From Squalus acanthias (lineage: Eukaryota): DNA of 64,000 nt. Position 1 is the first letter of the stretch; each line of letters opens with the position of its first letter. Shown here in pieces: positions 48,680 to 61,366 of the stretch. The notes beneath the pieces were generated by a model that saw nothing but the letters and a program-made list of their open reading frames with translations, ran no database searches and was not told the DNA's origin. The stretch is from positions 92,134,001 through 92,198,000 of the forward strand of contig CM059432.1 in NCBI GenBank assembly GCA_030390025.1, read 5' to 3'. A program made the translations under genes and the position numbers.

Positions 48680-51066
48680 TCCCCCCCTGCGATTGGGACC
48701 CTCCACGAATGGGACCCCCTCCCCGTGATCGGGGCGACCCCATGTTCAGGACTCACGCCCTCCCCCTGCAATCTGAACCCTCCCCCTGTGATCGAGACCC
48801 TGCCCCCGTGATCGAGACCCTCCCCCCGTGATCGAGACCCCCCCCCCACTGCGATCAAGACCCTTCCCCCACAATCGAGAGCCTCCCCCCGCGATCGGGA
48901 CCCGCCCCCCGCGATCGAGAGCCTCCCCCTGCGATCGGGACCCGCCCCCCGCGATCAAGACCCTACCCCCATGATTGGGACCCTCCCCCCGCGATCGAGA
49001 CCCTCCCCCCACAATCAGGACCCTCCACCCGCGATCGGGACCCTCCTCCCGCGATCGAGACCCGCCCCCCGCGATCAAGACCCTCCCCCCACGATTGAGA
49101 CGCTCCCCCCGCGATCGGGACCCTCCCCCCACAATCAGGACCCTCCACCCGCGATCGGGACCCTCCCCCCGCGATCGAGACTCACCCCCCGCGATCGAGA
49201 CTCACCCCCCGCGATCGGGACCCTCTCCCCGCGGTCGGGACTCTCCCCCCGCAATCAGAACCCTCCCCCCACAATTGGGACTCTCCCCCGGCGATCGGGA
49301 CCCTCCCCCCGCGATCGAAATCCTGCCCCCGTGATCGGGACCCTCCCCCCACGATCTGGACTCAGCCCCCGCGATCAGGACCCTCCCCCCACAATCGAGA
49401 TCCTCCGCCCGTGATTGAGACCCTCTCCCCGCGATCCGGACCCTCTCCCCACGATCGAGACCCTGCCCCCGCGATCGAGACCCTGCCCCCACGATCGAGA
49501 CCCTCCCCCCGCGATCGAGACCCTCCCCCCGCGATCGGGACCCTCCCCCCACGATCGGGACCCTCCCCCCGCGATCGGGACCCTCTCCCCACGATCGAGA
49601 CCCTCCCCCCGCGTTCAGGACCCTCCTCCCGTGATCGAGACCCACCCCCCACGGTCGAGACCATCCCCCGCGATCGAGACCCGCCCCCCGTGATCGGGAC
49701 CCGCCCCCCACGATCGGGACCCTATCCCCGCGATCGAGACCCTCCCCCCGCGATCGAGACCCTCTCCCTGCGATCGAGACCCTCTCCCCGCGATCCGGAC
49801 CCTCCCCCCACGATCGAGAACCTCTCCCCGTTATCGAGACCCTCCCCCCACGATCGGGACCCTCTCCCCGCGATCGAGACCCTCCCCCCGCGATCGAGAC
49901 CCTCTCCCCGCGATCGAGACCCTCTCCCCGCGATCCGGACCCTCCCCCCACGATCGGGACCCTCTCCCCGCAATCGAGACCCTCCCCCCACGATCGGGAC
50001 CCTCTCCCCACGATCGAGACCCTCTCCCCACGATCCGGACCCTCCCCCACGAATGGGACCCTCCCACCGCGATCGGGACCCTCCCCCCGTGATCGAAACC
50101 CTGCCACCGCGATCAGGACCCTCTCCCCGCGATCGGGACCTCCCCCCACGATCGAGACCCTCCCCCCGAAATCGAGACCCTCCCCCCACGATCGAGACCC
50201 TCCCCCCGTGAGCGGGACCCTGCACCCGCGATCAGGACCCTCCTCCCGTGATCATACCCTCCCCCCGCGATCGAGACCCTCCCCCCGCGATCGGGACCCT
50301 CCCCCCACGATCGAGACCCTCCCCCACGATCGAGACCTTCCCCCCACGTTCGGGACCCTCCTCCCGCGATCGAGACCCTCCCCCACGATCGGGACCCTCC
50401 CCCCGTGAGCGGGCCCCTACCCCCCACGATCGAGACCCTCCCCCCGCGATCGGGACCCTCCCCCGCGATCGAGACCCTCCCCCCGCGATCGGGACCCGCC
50501 CCCCGCGATCAAGACCCTCCCCCCGCAATCGAGACCCTCCCCCCGTAATCGGGACCCTCCCCCTGCGATCGGGACCCTCCCCCCGCGATCGGGACCCTCA
50601 CCCCACAATCAAGACCCTCCCCCCACAATCAGGACCCTCCCCTCGCGATCGAGACTCACCCCCCGCGATCGGGACCCTCTCCCCGCGGTCGGGACTCTCC
50701 CCCCGCAATCAGAACCCTCCCCCCACAATTGGGACCCTCCCCCGGCAATCGGGACCCTCCCCCCGCGATCGGGACCCTCCCCCCGCGATCGAAACCCTGC
50801 CCCCGCGATCGGGACCCTCCCCCCACGATCTGGACTCAGCCCCCGCGATCAGGACCCTCCCCCCGCGATCGGGACTCTCCCCCCACGATCGAGACCCTCC
50901 GCCCGTGATCGAGACCCTCCCCCCGCGTTCGGGACCCTCCCCCCGCGATCGAGACCCTCCCCCCATGATCGGGACCCTCCCCCCGTGAGCGGGCCCCTCT
51001 CCCCGTGATCGCGTCCCTGCCCCCGCGATCGGGACCCTCCCCCTGTAATCGGGACCCTCCCCCCCC
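48680..51066. repeat. Minisatellite, ~20-bp unit CCCCCGCGATCGRGACCCTC
   Basis: Read directly: about 2.4 kb, CpG-rich, strong C/G strand skew. Confidence 0.97.
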
Positions 51067-52126
51067 ACTGGACCTACCTGCTCTCCTCGACTGCGACCTT
51101 GTCTCGAGGTCCCACGCTGCCGCATGCTTGGAAATTTGAATGGGCCGTGCAACCCGTTAAAGGGGCCACGCAGCCCAAAAAAAATTAGGGGGAACACTGG
51201 TCAGCACTTGTGACCTTGACTTCACTGGAGAGTAAAAGCAGGCGGGGTGTAAAAGCAGCATTGTACCCGATCCCACCCGTTCCCCAACGGTTGGGTTAGG
51301 TTAAAATTGCCCACATCAAGTCTGCACTATTCTTCCTCTTGACATACTGCCAGTGAGCACTAGCTCTCATCGGTAAAATCTAAGCTGAAGTCTGTTGAAG
51401 TGCCCTCTAGTTATGAGGGCATCAGAGTCTTGGCAGAGTGTACTTCTAACCCTTGGAACCTTCACGGTGGTGTTGCATTTCTGCAGACTTTAGTAATCCA
51501 GGGGCCGCTGGTGGGGAGCCGATTGATGGTGCATTTGAGCAGTCAAATCCCTAGTACTTCAATGGGAAGAGAGCTAATGGCACATACTGTGAGGCATGAA
51601 TCAAATAGTTTGATCTGGTGTTCATATTTACTTTGAGAATTTCAAATTTTTTGAATAACCTTGAAGCTGAAATCAGATTCACAGAAAGACAAAAATTGAA
51701 TTCTCAGATATATGACAGATACAGGACTTAATCAAAAACTTTGTAGGCCATCATGTTAATGAAACACACAGCTGGACACATTTTACAGGTTCACTCACAA
51801 AATGGAGTAAGGACTGTATTTGAACACAATTATTTGAAATAGTGTGATCTATAATGACACAGCTTGAGGCAAAAATATCTTCCAGCAGCCAAGTAGCAGA
51901 CCATTGTTCTCTCCTATAAATCTTGGAAACACAGCGGTTTTGCTTTCGTTTTTCAGCCCAAGAGAACCATTTAACTGGAAACCTTAGTAATATGGGGGGC
52001 GATTTTCCCAATGGAGGCGAGTTTCGGTTTGGGTGGGATCCAAACTCACCTCCACTGAGAGGTGGGAAAAAATTGTGATTTTCCCCTAATTGGCCAGTTA
52101 ATTTCAGAGGTTTGGGTTCCCCTGGG

Positions 52127-52190
52127 CCAATTAGTCTTTTGAAACTGAAACTCGCCTCTGCTGACGTCACTTATCCAGCTTCATTTAAGG
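52127..52190 (+). promoter_or_regulatory. Putative Myb-gene promoter module: CCAAT, CRE (TGACGTCA), TATA-like TTTAA
   Basis: CCAAT 52127-52131, TGACGTCA 52162-52169, TTTAAG 52184-52189, ATG at 52268. The same order occurs upstream of the Myb genes of C, F and H. Confidence 0.55.
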
Positions 52191-52267
52191 GCTGCTTGCT
52201 GCCTTGGCTCATTCCACTGGTTTTTGGTCGATGGTGCACCACCTCCAAACTTTTATCTGCTTCAACA

Positions 52268-53397
52268 ATGGCCAACTCCAAGGCAAGGGCCTCCCCGAGG
52301 TTCTCAGATGAGGCGCTGGGAATGTTGGTTGAGGAGGCGAGAGCCAGCAGGGAGGTGCTCTTCCCCTCATCTAGGAAAGAAACCAAGGCTGTCTGGGTAC
52401 AGCTGGCAAGGGATATAACCTCCAGATCGGTGTGCAGCAGAACATGCATACAGTGCCGTAAAAGGTTCAATGACCTTGTAAGATCAGGCAAAGTGAGTAT
52501 ACCTTCAGCTTGACCCTCCTTCTGCTCCCCTTCTCCTCTCATCACCAGCACTCTGCATTGTCAACTTCCTCCTCCACATCCCACTTTACCCTTACAACCC
52601 TTGCACCCTTCACCATCCCTCTCACTCTATGAACCCAATCACTTCACTATTCGACTATGCTGCCCTCACACTCCCTTTCAATGTTATGCAATGACAACGA
52701 CTAACAACGCACATGGAGGGCCCTTGGACATGGAACCTCACTCCATCTTTGTCTCCTTCTAAGCATCTATGCTCTGGACTCTCTACACTCACTCCATCAT
52801 TCTCACTCCAACTCCACTTGTCTCCCTCACTGCAGGAAAAGAGAGCCCACAATAGAAGGGAAAGGGCGAAGACTGGAGGAGGGCTACCTTCCCTAGCCCT
52901 TCTCACCCAGGCTGAAGAGGCGGCCCTGGACATCACCGGTGCAGAGGTGGAGGTGGAAGTGGGGGACGGACAGACGGGCGAGTAGGACTGCCAGTGCAGA
53001 GACGGGTCCCCATGGCTCCCCTGATGTGCAGCAAGGTGCTCTCAAGCCACTTGCAAGCACTGAGGTGGACCTGACCCATGAGAGGGAAGTTGGTGGCAGA
53101 CAACAAGGAAGTGGGGGCTCCTCTCCAAGTGCTCACACTTCCATGCCACTGTGTAGCCCTCGGTCAGAGCCCCACCAGAGTCCGCACCCAACTGAGATGG
53201 ACGTCTCAGCCCCTGCACTGCCGCAGGATGAGCAGACATTTGGCGAGCCCTCACAGGCTCGGAAACCCAGAGACACCCGCCAAAGGTGTCGAAGCAGGAG
53301 CAGCATGAAAGTGAGCAAGGGGGCCTCTACTTCTGCTGAAGCCACAGGGGGAGCACCACATAGGAGCACGCGTAGGGGAAAAATAAAGCACCATTAG
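52268..53397 (+). pseudogene. Myb/SANT partner gene of element G (deletion joins exon 2 to mid exon 3)
   Basis: Exon 1 at 52268-52492 (MANSKARASPRFSDEAL...QCRKRFNDLVRSGK). Exon 2 from 52836 (EKRAHNRRERAKTGGG). Junction near 52981. Ends GAPHRSTRRGKIKHH*. Confidence 0.88.
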
Positions 53398-53654
53398 TCA
53401 CAGGGGTAGACACTTGGGTGAATGTTTATGTGTATTGACGAAATGCCATCCCTGTTTGAAAGTATAAAAATGATTTGATGGCAAACTGTTGGCGTGATGG
53501 CATCTCTTATTTCGCCTTAGGCAGCTCCACATTGCGGGCTCCGCGACACTTGCGTGGTCAGGTTGGTGGCCAGAGTGAAAGGAGGCCAGAGAGTCATGGC
53601 CATTGTCTATCATGTCTTAAGATGGAGCCAAGGACATGTGCCAACATGGGCAAC

Positions 53655-54849
53655 CTATGCAAACCTGGCCAGGATAAGTGCATCATGGGCAGCCATGTGC
53701 TGCCGCTGCTGCTGGTCGATAGGCCGGCGCTCGGTCCTCCTACTGCTCCTCTTCCTCCTCCTCCTCCTCCTCATCTGAGGAGGCTATGAACTGAGCCACT
53801 TGCTCATCAGGAAGCTGCAAGCCACAACGCTGTGCCATGTTGTGCAGTGCACAGCAGACCACGACCATTCTGGAGACCCTGCTTCAGGGCTCCACCTGAT
53901 CTGTCAAGGCATCGGAATTGCATCTTCAACAACCCAATGGTTTGCTCGATGATGGACCTAGTCAAAGTGTGGCTGGCGTTGTAGCGCTCTTCAGCCTCGT
54001 TAGCTGGCCTCCTGATCAGCGTCATTAGCCACTTCTTCAGGGGGTAGCCCTTGTCACCAAGGAGCCATCCGTTAAGTTGGTTTGGCGGATCGAAGAGTGG
54101 AGGAACACTAGAGTGCCGCAGGATGAACGAATCATGGCAACTACCACAGAACTTGGCGCAAACATGCAAAATCTCCTTCTTGTGGTTACACACCAGCTGT
54201 ACGTTGAGGGAGTGGAAGCCCTTGCGGTTGACAAAGATAGCTGGGTTGTGATGGGATGCCCTAAGGGCCACATGTGTGCAGTCTATGACGCCCTGCACCA
54301 TTGGCAAGCCTGTCATATTTGCAAAGCCAACTGAACGCGCAGCTACACTTGCTTGATCCCTTGAAAAGTGGATGTAATTGTGGGCCTTTGCGAAAAGGGC
54401 ATCGGTAACCTGCGTGATGCAACTGTGGGCGGCCGACTGGGAGATGCCGCTGATGATTCCTGGAAGGAGCCTGAGGCAAAAAAGTTGAGTATGGTGGTGA
54501 CTTTGACAGCCACTGGTAAGGGGTGTCCACCCACTCCTCTGGGCTCCAGGTGTTGGTGCAGCAGTGCGCTGATGTCTCCGACAACCTCTTGCGAAAGTCT
54601 CAGCCTCCTTTGGCACTGCTGCTCACTCATGTTGAGGTAGCTCATCCTCTGTCTGTAAACCCTGAGAGGGGGGTATCTCCTGCGGCGACGTGCTTCCATG
54701 CGCTGCTGCCTTCTGCCCTTTGCACCATCAGGTGGGTGAGCAGGAGATTGGGGCTCCTGCTGCTGAGCTGCCTGGTTCTGCTGCTGCTGCCGTGGCTGCT
54801 CCTCATCCGAATCTGAGCTCCATGGTGAAAGGAAATAAATGGTTCCCAT
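53655..54849 (-). pseudogene. Harbinger DDE transposase of element G
   Basis: [18 protein letters not shown]..., [47 protein letters not shown]. Frameshifting deletions near 54460 and 53885. Ends DALILARFA*. Confidence 0.92.
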
Positions 54850-55453
54850 GCTGCTGACAGATACCTCCGTTGGGGAAGCGCTCAGTCCAAGCGAGGAGAG
54901 GGTCTGCCAAGAAGGTCCCACAGTTGAGAGATAGAAGCTGCAGCACCTCCGACTTCGGTAGGCCTGCTAAAAGTGCTGAAAGACCTTTGGAACAAAAGTT
55001 CTGCCACCTGCAACTGATCCCTGATGAAAGCTCTGTTTTAATGGTGGAGCTGCAGCTGTGAGGAGGCCACCCACTTGTCAACCCACCAGGATCAGCTGGC
55101 GTGGTTTAGGAGGGTCGTGGAACACGCTGAAAATGTGGTAAAATAACGAGGGTTTGTCAAAATAGGATTATAGAGGCCCTTAACTACTAATTTAGGGTCT
55201 TAACTACCTCTCTGGACTGATGGAGGCGGGACCGAATCGCACCCATCAAAACCACCTCGGTCCTCATGTATCTTTCTACCCTTTTTGTTGACCATTAAAC
55301 TGACAACTCAGTAACCATTCATCATTGCAAAAAATGTCAATGCTGTGCAACACACTGCTGTCTATTGCACCAGTGCTCAGATTTTTCAGTGACATCATGA
55401 ATTGATACAGTTGTTTAATGTAGTAAAATGTGGAACAAAATTAACAGCATATG

Positions 55454-55877
55454 GGGGAGAAATTCAACCTCCTTTTGCCCATTTTTCAGGTGTAAAACTA
55501 GGGAAAATAGTACCAGGATCTGCACCTGAAGTTTGCCGACCGCTGCTTTGGATCGGACGACTTTCAGCCACCGTGGGCACTCTCCTCAAACAGAATATGG
55601 TAATCAGAGGCCTCACCCCTGTTTCAGGATCTTGATGCTCAGTGTTTCTGAGTCTATTGTGGCCTAACCAACAGCCCCCCACCCATTCACCTCCTCCCCC
55701 CTCGCTGGATTTATCTGCGGGCCGGCGAGTTACATTGAGATGCCCAATTAGCGGTTGAACATTACCGGATTTATGGAGACGAGGCCCGAGGCCCAATTTG
55801 GCCTCCGTCTTCAGGCATGTGTTTTCAATGCATTGCCGATTTCATGCCACTTCCCCGCTGGAAACCAATTTCCCCCC
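55454..55877. mobile_element. Harbinger-type MITE
   Basis: TIRs GGGGAGAAATT / AATTTCCCCCC with ATG on both sides (55451-55453 and 55878-55880). Confidence 0.7.
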
Positions 55878-56019
55878 ATGAATGTGGTAAAAGTATTTGG
55901 TCTGCATTTTTCACACTGCAGCTGTTGTGAATTAATAGTGAATTGATGTGGTTCAAAGGTAACTTGATATTGCCCATTTAATTTGGTTTGATTGCTTCAA
56001 AATATATTGTGGTAAAGAT

Positions 56020-56400
56020 TGGTTATGGCCTCAATTCAATAATTTGGGCAAGCTGCCAGCTCTTATTGTGTCACCAGAGGCAGCTCGCTTATTGCCAGCA
56101 TTCCAATATTCGGGCGGGCCTACCTCACCAACAGTGGCCCTCGGGTAAGTCCTGGGGGTGGGGTGGAACTGGACAATGGGCAGGGAGTCTTTCGCCAACT
56201 GACTGCGACCCTCAGGAGTGCCATGGAGCCGTTGAGGAGCAGGAGTACTCCACCCGGCTCCACAGGAACATTTTTTTTTAAACTTACTTTTTGGTTGCTG
56301 CTTAGGCCACAGCGACCACTGAAGAAATTAATGCAGGCGTCCTGCGGGCTTCAATGAGCTGCTTAATGTTTCAATGTGGGCCGAAGTTTGATGTCATTCT
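56020..56400. mobile_element. Old MITE fragment related to 9691-10289
   Basis: Shared blocks GGCCCTxGGGTAAGTCC, CTCCACAGGAA and GACCACTGAAGAA. Confidence 0.5.
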
Positions 56401-58127
56401 TTTTATGCATTCACAGAATACATAGATTTACTCTGTGCATGTTCTTCAAGCTTGGGTGCGTTAACTTGCCTTACAAGTGATATATAACTGAGCGGTCGAT
56501 TAAGAAAGCACCTACAGGAATACTGCACAACCAGCTATTCAGCCACTTAACATATAAATAACACACTGCAGGCCAATCTAGCTGTGAGGTGTGTAATTTA
56601 TGGGGCAAACGTATAGAGTGTACAAAAGGCATAAACAAAGATTTTCCAGATCAAGACCTGAAGATTATAGTATACAGCAAGAGGGCATGAAGTATAGGGG
56701 CAAACCTATAATTCATTCTCAGAGAGTGAAGCAGGAATGAAAGACCATCACACCCCATCACATCGTAGATCAACCAGAGACATGTACCGGGAGAAACCGT
56801 AAAGATATTCAGAAGAAAGATGAAGAATGCTAAATGAGAAGGTTTGTGAATAAATACACCTTGCCATAAATGGATACTGCCATATAGGTGGGTAACCAAT
56901 CATGCCAAAGAAAGTTTCAGGCATCAGATGATCAGATAGTGTACATAACCTCAGCCCCAGCACCACCAAAACTTTATGGATACCTTCATCACAACACTTC
57001 TCCAATGGTATCTCCCTGACCTCCACTGACCTTATGTAACCTCCAATTCACCTAGAAATAGAAACATAGAAAAATAGGAGCAGGAGTAGGCCATTCGGCC
57101 CTTCAAGCCTGCTCCGCCATTCAATATGATAATGGCTGATCATCTATCTCAATATCATATTCCGCTCTCTCCCCATACCCCTTGATGCCTTTTCTGTCTA
57201 GAAATCTATCTATCTCCTTCTTAAATATATTCAGTGACTTGGCCTCCACAGCCTTCTGTGGTAGAGAATGCCACAGGTTCACCACCCTCTGAGTGAAGAA
57301 ATTTCTCCTCATCTCAGTCCTAAATGTCCTACCCCGTATCCTGAGACTGTGACCCCTCGTTCTAGAACCCCCAGCAAGGGGAAGCATCTTCCCTGCATCC
57401 AGTCTGTCGAACCCTGTCAGAATTTTATACATTTCAATGAGATCCCCTCTCATTCTTCTAAACTCTAGTGAATACAGGCCTAGTCGACCCAATCTCTCCT
57501 CATATGACAGTCCTGCCATCCCAGGAATCAGTCTGGTGAACCTTCGCTGCACTCCCTCTGTGCCAAGTATATCCTTTCTTAGGTAAGGAGGCCAAAACTG
57601 CACACAGTACTCCAGGTGTGGTCTCACCAAGGCCCTGTATAACTGTAGTAAGACATCCTTGCTTCTGTACTCAAATCCTCTTGCAATGAAGGCCAACATA
57701 CCATTTGCCTTCCTAACTGCTTGCTGCACCTGTATGTTTGCTTTCAGTGACTGGTGTACAAGGACACCCAGGTCCCTCTGTACATCAACATTTCCCAATC
57801 TATCACCATTTAAATAATACTCTGCCTTTCTGTTTTTCCTACCGAAGTGGATAACTTCACATTTCTCCACATTATACTGCATCTGCCATGTATTTGCCCA
57901 CTCACTCAACTTGTCTAAATCGCCTTGAAGCCTCTTTGCATCCTCCTCACAACTCACAATCCCACCTAGTTTCATGTCATCAGCAAACTTGGAAATATTA
58001 CATTTGGTTCCCTCATCCAAATCATTGATATATATTGTGAATAGCTGGGGCCCAAGCACTGATCCCTGCGGTACCCCACTAGTCACGGCCTGCCACCCCG
58101 AAAAAGACCCATTTATTCGTACTCTCT

Positions 58128-61100
58128 GGGCTCGATTTTGCCAGGCCCAAGGAGGCAGGATTGGAGGCGTGTGAGTTGTTAAAATCGGCAAAAATGGTGG
58201 GCGGGCCCGATCCCACCTCCATCCCGCCTCCGAGCAATTTTCCCAAAGCGTGTTTTCTGACCCCCTTTCCATCCGCCTCCAGGAGGCGGGATAGGCCCTT
58301 AAGGCCCTTAACAACCACTTAATAGCCTCTATAATCCCATTTTGAGAGGCCTTTCCGATTTTCAGTCATTCCCCCCATCCCTCACACCTCCTCTGGAACA
58401 CGCCAGGTAATGCTGGCGGCCTCACAAGTGGATTGCCTACGACCAGCTGCAGCTCCACCATTACAAAAGGAGTTTTCACCAATGATCATTTGCAGGTGGC
58501 AGAACTTTGTTGTTTCAGGTCTGGGGGAACTTTTAGCAGGCATACTCAGTGTTGTGGAAATTTGGAGCCTGACACCCATCTCCAGTGTGACATCCTGGGA
58601 AACCCCTCTCCCCACCTTGACTGAGCGCTTCCTCAACTGAGGCATATACCAGAAGCATGGCGACCATTTAATTCCTTTCCTCCTGGACATCAGATTCGGA
58701 TGAAGACCAGTCACAGCAGCAGCAGAACCATGAGCAACAGCAGCACCAACAGCAGGAGCATCAACAGGAGCGCCAAGCTGCTAGTCACCCACCTGAAGAT
58801 GTACAGGCCAGAAGTCGCCAGAGTGCGACCATATTGCTGACCGGGATGCAAGGGACGCACTCATGTTGGTCACATTTGCTTAGCCTGTACAATCAATCAC
58901 TTTTGCCTCGCACCTTCTTACCAGAGCATTGACAATGGACAAGAACCTGCGGATTCCTATCACTCTGACCACCATACTGACAACTGCAAGTCGCTCTAAG
59001 CCCTCAATGTGGAAGTCCCATTTGCGAAATGACACAGGCCACAACTTCAACAGTTTGCCATCAGAAATGTTTATCACAACAAGCAACTGGTGGCATTTCA
59101 AAAATAAACACAACATAACACCCAAGTGACTACCCTTGTGACTACTTGTGTATTATCTTCCTCTTACGCGTGCTCCTACGTGGTGCTTCCCCTGTGGCTT
59201 CAGCAGATGTGGAGGCCCCTTGCTCACATTCTTGCTGCTCCTGTCTCGATACCTTTGGCGGCCGTCCTCTGGGTTTGCGAACCTTTAAGGGCTCGGCAAC
59301 AGTCTGCTGCTCCTATGGCTGTGCAGGGGATGAGACGCCCATCTCAGTTGGGTGAGGACTCTGGTGGGGCTCTGACCGAGGGCTTTACATTGGCATGGTC
59401 GTTTGAGCGCTTGGAGAGGTGCCCCCACTTCCTTGTTCTCTGCCACCAACATCCCTCTCATGGGTCAGCCCCACTTCAGAGCTAGCAAGTGGCATGACAG
59501 CACCTTGCTGCACTTCAGGGGGGCCATGAGGACCCGTTTCTGCACTGGAAGTCCTACTCCAGAGGACTTCCATGAAGGTCTGGTTTCTATGCTCAGTAGC
59601 TGACCATCGCTCCTCAAGAGATGCCAGTCTATTCTGAACAATGACCATATTTTCTACTCTCTGGTGACTTAGCTCCTCCATGGCCATAGCCATCCTCTCC
59701 TCTACTATAGCCATCCTTTCCACGGAGGTTGCCATCCTTTCCATGGTGATGCGTTCATGTGCCAATGCCTCCACAAAGGCTCTGCTCATGTTAGCGATGG
59801 ACTCCTCCATTCGCTCGACACTCGCAGCGACTCTGGAGACAAAACCTGCCAGAGACTCCTGCACCTGTTCCTGGAGTTCCAGCACCACTCTCGTTCTGGA
59901 TGGACCCGGAGGCACAGGGTCGACATGCAGCTGAGCCGAGCTGGCAGAGTCCTGCGCCCTCCGATGAGGACTCTCCACTGCTGTCCCTGTCTCCACCATC
60001 TGCTGCTGCTCACTTATGAGCTATGATACACCAGGTGCCAGCACTACTCTATCTCGCGAAGGTCCCACCGAGGTGTGAGTGTCTGTGCTGGTGCTGGGTG
60101 TGCTGAATTCTGCGGAGGCTGCGCCCTCAGAGGTTGCAGCTTCCTCTGAGGAGTCTGGAAGCTCAGGCTCTTCCTCCTGGACAGTGGGGACGGGGGCTTT
60201 CGATGGTCCTGTGGGGGAGTAAAGGAAAGAGTTAGAGATGTTAGGTCAAGGTTACATGAACATTGAATAGTGCAGATGATCATAAGTCAATCTGTTAGAG
60301 CATCAGATTCATTATCAGTGACTCATGCAATGTCAATGAGAGAGATGCCAAACTATTCTGTCACCAGCTTGCTGCGATGCGCCCATCTGTCCGTCCCCCA
60401 CTTGGGAATCCTCCTCGATCCCGGCAATTTCCAGGGCCGCCTCCTCCCAGGCGGTGAGCTGGGCTACTGAGGGTGGCCCTCCTCCTGTCATGGCTCTTTC
60501 CCTCTTATTGTGGGCTCTCTTTTCCTGCAATGAGGGACACAAGTGGAGTTTGAGTGAGAATGAAGGATTGAGTGTAGAGAATCCATAGCATAGATGCTTA
60601 GAAAGATACAAAGGACCATCCCTGTGTGTTGAAAGTTGTTGTTGTCATGGCATCACAGTGATAGGGAGTGTGAGGGTTGCATGGTCGAATAGTTAAGTGA
60701 AGGTGACCTTCGAGAGAGAGGGAATGGGTAAGGGTGCAGGTATGTAAGTGTCAAGTGGCATGTGGAGGAAGAGGTTGGCAAAGCAGAGTACTGGTGAGGA
60801 GAGGCGATGGGGATCAGATTGAGGGTGATGGGAAAGTCATACTCACTTTTCCTGTGCGGAGAAGATCATGAAACCTCTTCCTGCATTGCAGCCAGGTTCT
60901 GTGGCTCAGCGAAATGGAGTTGACCTCCTGGGCCACTTGCAGCCACACAGCTTTTGTCTTCTGGGGTGGCTTTTTTCTCCCCAAAGAAGGGAACAGCACC
61001 TCCTTATTACATCTGGCTCCGTGCACCAGAGCTTGGAGGGAGGGCTCATCAAACCGAGGTGCACACTTTTGCTTGATCGTGGACATTGTCGGGAAATCAA

Positions 61101-61366
61101 CACCTTCATACAATTTGCAGAGCCTTTGCAGTCTCCAGAGGAAGCAAGGCTGCTTGCAGGTCTTAAATCCAGCAGCATTGATGATGTCATCGGAGGCGAC
61201 TTTCTGTATAAAAAGACTCATTGGGCCAGGTGTTCCCACACGCAGGAAATCAATTGCCCAATTAGGGGAAAATCCCACTTTTTCAGCACTTCACTTAGGA
61301 GTCGGGGTCCTGACACGATTTCCACCTGACACGCCCCAGCCCGCCCACACTGACAAAATCCAGCCC
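58128..61366. mobile_element. Harbinger derivative H: Myb gene retained, transposase core deleted
   Basis: TIRs GGGCTCGATTTTG / CAAAATCCAGCCC (12/13). TSD TCT at 58125-58127 and 61367-61369. Transposase N-terminus plus tail remnant at ~58657-58882 (+). Confidence 0.94.
59142..61086 (-). pseudogene. Myb/SANT partner gene of element H, exons 61086-60847, 60524-60365, 60208-59142
   Basis: MSTIKQKCAPRFDEPSL...QCRKRFHDLLRTGK, EKRAHNKRERAMTGGG, and GEAPRRSTRKRKIIHK*. Exon phases 0 and 1 intact. In-frame stops at ~60021 and 59385. Confidence 0.9.

Larger units (their letters stand above)
47235..51313. mobile_element. Probable Harbinger-type MITE expanded by two minisatellites
   Basis: Degenerate termini (...AATCTTAAC / GTTAAAATTGCCC). 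GGCGGG and ACCCG subterminal motifs flank the arrays. Confidence 0.5.
51995..55260. mobile_element. PIF/Harbinger transposon G (right end truncated)
   Basis: Left TIR GGGGGCGATTTTC is identical to that of element B. + strand Myb gene and - strand transposase. Similarity to B stops about 115 bp short of the second TIR. Confidence 0.9.

Noticed and set aside
47525..51197. Long Pro/Arg/Gly-rich ORFs (up to 315 aa), or a CRISPR-like array
   Set aside because: The ORFs are translations of stop-free minisatellite units on both strands. The repeats are contiguous with no unique spacers, no cas genes are present, and the context is eukaryotic.
56650..57030. Gypsy/LTR integrase zinc-finger remnant
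   Set aside because: Only a faint resemblance across broken frames, with no LTRs or catalytic motifs.
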